From positions 186,001 to 250,000 of the forward strand of contig OZ287081.1 in assembly GCA_965645245.1 (NCBI GenBank): a stretch of DNA of 64,000 nt. Direction: 5' to 3'. Positions 61,337 through 64,000 of the stretch are shown here, in pieces; position 1 is the first letter of the stretch, and every line of letters begins with the position of its first letter. A program made the translations under genes and the position numbers. Source of the stretch: Massalongia carnosa. Its lineage: Eukaryota. The notes below the pieces were generated by a model. That model had not been told where the DNA came from. It was given only the letters and a program-made list of their open reading frames with translations, and did not search any database.

Positions 61337-64000
61337 TGTCACGATTCTACTCGGCACGACCTCGGTGTTCCCGCACCTTCAATTTTGTTCCTGCAGTGAC
61401 TAGAAGATTCAACCGCGACTATACTACATGAGTACTAGCGCAGTAGAGGATATATAGAGGCAGATTCGGGTTGTCAATTGTCTTCTTTCTTGTCAGGTCA
61501 CGCACGTCCTGACATAAGCGATTCGGTAGTTATAACCGATCTCCGATCTCTGACTAGTGTAACGGGTGGGCAATAGAAGGCCTACTCAAGTGGTGGTGAT
61601 GATGGTCTTGATGGCTAGCTAATAGCTATGCTAAATAAACAAGACGAACACAAAGAAGAAAGCAGCAATTGCTGCAGAGATTTTCTTATAACTCCTTGAT
61701 CCCTTTACTAACCTTGATGAGGTTAGCTTCCCGCTAAACCCAATGTGCTACCTCCCGCGACGCTAAATGTCGGTATCGCTTAGCAATCTTAGCAACCTTC
61801 TTGTGACTACCTTTCCTAGATTATCCTTATTCGCACCATGACAGTAGCTCCCTCCTTCAGGCCTGATTCCCCGCAGGCATAATTGCTTCATGGTTGGTGT
61901 GAGTTATCGGGGCTTTTCTGGATATCGTCGGTGAAAGTCTGCTACTCTTTCGTTGGCATTGATGACGTACTCTGCGTACTCCCAGGTGGGGTCGTTCCAA
62001 CCGATCCACTGCACCAGATACTTCAAGCGATTCCGGAACTTCTTAGAATCGAGGATATCCTCCACTTCATACTCCTCTTCGCCGTCAACTTCGACTGGTG
62101 GAGGAGGAGGTGGAACGTGATCAGGGTGAGGATCTTGAGGCACGGGCGAGAGAAGAGATACATGAAACACGGGATGAATCTTCATGCCGATGGGGAGATC
62201 GAGTCGATACGCATACTTGCTTACCACATTAGATATCTTGAATGGGCCTAGATTCTTCCAATCGAGCTTTCGAGCGGGTCGTTGTGTACGTATGTTTTTT
62301 GTGCTTAGCCATACTGCGTCTCCTACTTGATAAACCGGTGCTGGCACGCGATTTTCGTTGGCCCCTGCTTCGTATCGTGCTTGCGCGAATCTCATTTCCT
62401 CTTGCAGCACGATCGTGATATCTTGCATTTTCTTGGCGAATTCCCCTGCGTTCAAACTGGCCGGGGACCTAGAGGGTTCCATTGATTCAAATCCCATACG
62501 CGGGTGGTATCCCATCTCCGCAAGAAAAGGGCTGCACCCAGTCGTTTCGGACACGACATTGTTTCCTGTAAATTCCGCCATGGGCAACCAATTTGCCCAG
62601 TCATCCTGAAGATAATCCGTGTAACTGCGAAGGTATTGTTCCATGGAGGCATTTACTCGCTCCGTCTGCCCATCTGTTTCTGGATGGAAGGCTGTCGACA
62701 GAAGACTCTTGATTCCCAACCCTTGACACAGCTTTTTCCAAAACTCCGCCACGAAAAGCACTCCTCGATCTGATACAATGGTGCTTGGTAGTCCATAGAG
62801 TTTCCAGATATCCCGAAGAAAGAGCTCAGCCAATTCTTGAGCGTTGATTGTAGTGAGACATGAAGAGAAGTGACGTCTTTTCGACAGACGATCGATCACG
62901 ACCAGTATAGCGTCGAATCCATTGCTTTCCGGCAGTCCAGTGACAAAGTCCATTGAGATATCTTGCCAGCGACGCTCGGGAATGGGCAGTGGTCTGAGAA
63001 CTCCCATTTTCCCTTGACGAGATGATTTGCTTCGTGCGCATACTTGACAGTGCTGTACGTACTTCGCTACGAACTGATAAAATCGAGGCCAGTAATAGTG
63101 GCGCTGTAAAAGATCAAAGGTCTTGGCTCGGCCGGGGTGACCTGCCACTGGACTATCATGAACAGACTCGCAGAGCCTCATTTTCAAAGCATGAGAGTCG
63201 GGAACGAACATTTTCTCTCGATAGTGTAATCGACCGTCGATTTCGGTGCATTCCGCTAACGAGATATCCTTGGAGTGCCTTGCTCCTGACCGCAACAGGT
63301 TCAGTATCTTGACAGGGAAAGGATCATTTTTCAGAGCCTCCTGCCATAGTTCTTCCAGGGTCTTGACTTCCTCTTGATCTGAACCTGATTCAATATCGTT
63401 CTCTTCCGAAGATTCCTTTGCTAACCCGTTCGCTAGAAGTTCAAGATTTCGAGGTTTCAAGACCGTTTGATGTTGGATCTTCACTCGTGGATCATCCCCC
63501 CCCTCAGGTAGGTCTTGAGACCTTCTGGTAAGGGCATCGGGCTTTCCGCCACTCTTCCCTGGGCGGTACACAATCTGAAAATCAAAACGAGAAAGATATT
63601 CGGACCAGCGTGCTTGCCTTCTACTCAATTGCTTCGTTGTCATGAAATATTCCAGATTCTTATGATCGGAAATTACTTGTATTGGAAATGCGGCTCCTTC
63701 GAGTTCAGCTCTCCATTCCTCAAAGGCACGAACGATAGCCATAAGCTCTTTATCATAAATCTCATAAGTTACTTCCGCTGGTGAGTGTTTCTTTGAGAAG
63801 AATGCCACAGGTCTTAGAATTCCTTCGTCGTCATGTTGCGAGAGCACTCCCCCCACTACCCAATCCGAGGCGTCAACTTCTACAACGATCTTTTTCTCAG
63901 GATCAAAATGCATCAGAAAAAGGTCGCTCATGAACGCGTCCTTTAATCTTTGAAATGCGGTCTCGCATTCCTGATTCCAAGAAAAGATCACACTCTTTCG
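61337..64000 (-). mobile_element. Ty3/Gypsy chromovirus, 3' part (pol 61904 to beyond 63991; 3' LTR 61337-61843)
   Basis: Open pol frame with RNase H, integrase and chromodomain (YLVQWIGW..PTWE). PPT gaaggagggagctac adjacent to LTR tgtcatg...cgtgaca. Confidence 0.95.

Overview
TE-rich accessory region of a filamentous ascomycete genome (spliceosomal GT-AG introns with CTAAC-type branch sites; fungal HR-PKS, NLR and HeLo genes). The main structure is a large inverted duplication: left arm 10899-30036, right arm 32180-52294, about 13 kb each once TEs are removed. Each arm carries the same three genes: a HeLo-pseudokinase with MLKL-like architecture, a protein kinase-Sel1-ankyrin gene, and, head-to-head with it, a NACHT-ankyrin NLR with hypervariable 99-bp repeats (18 units left, 14 right). 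I interpret this as a candidate necroptosis-like immune module; all six gene copies carry lesions. The left arm is bracketed to the nucleotide by ends of a MULE-like family with CGAG...CTCG termini and no visible TSD. Other elements: a Crypton nested in a MULE nested in the kinase gene, a self-inserted Tc1 palindrome with two intact transposases, three pogo/Fot1 elements, a young deleted Copia, a hAT, two chromodomain Gypsy elements, solo LTRs, a MITE and a truncated HR-PKS pseudogene. All domain calls come from motif recognition by eye, not database searches.
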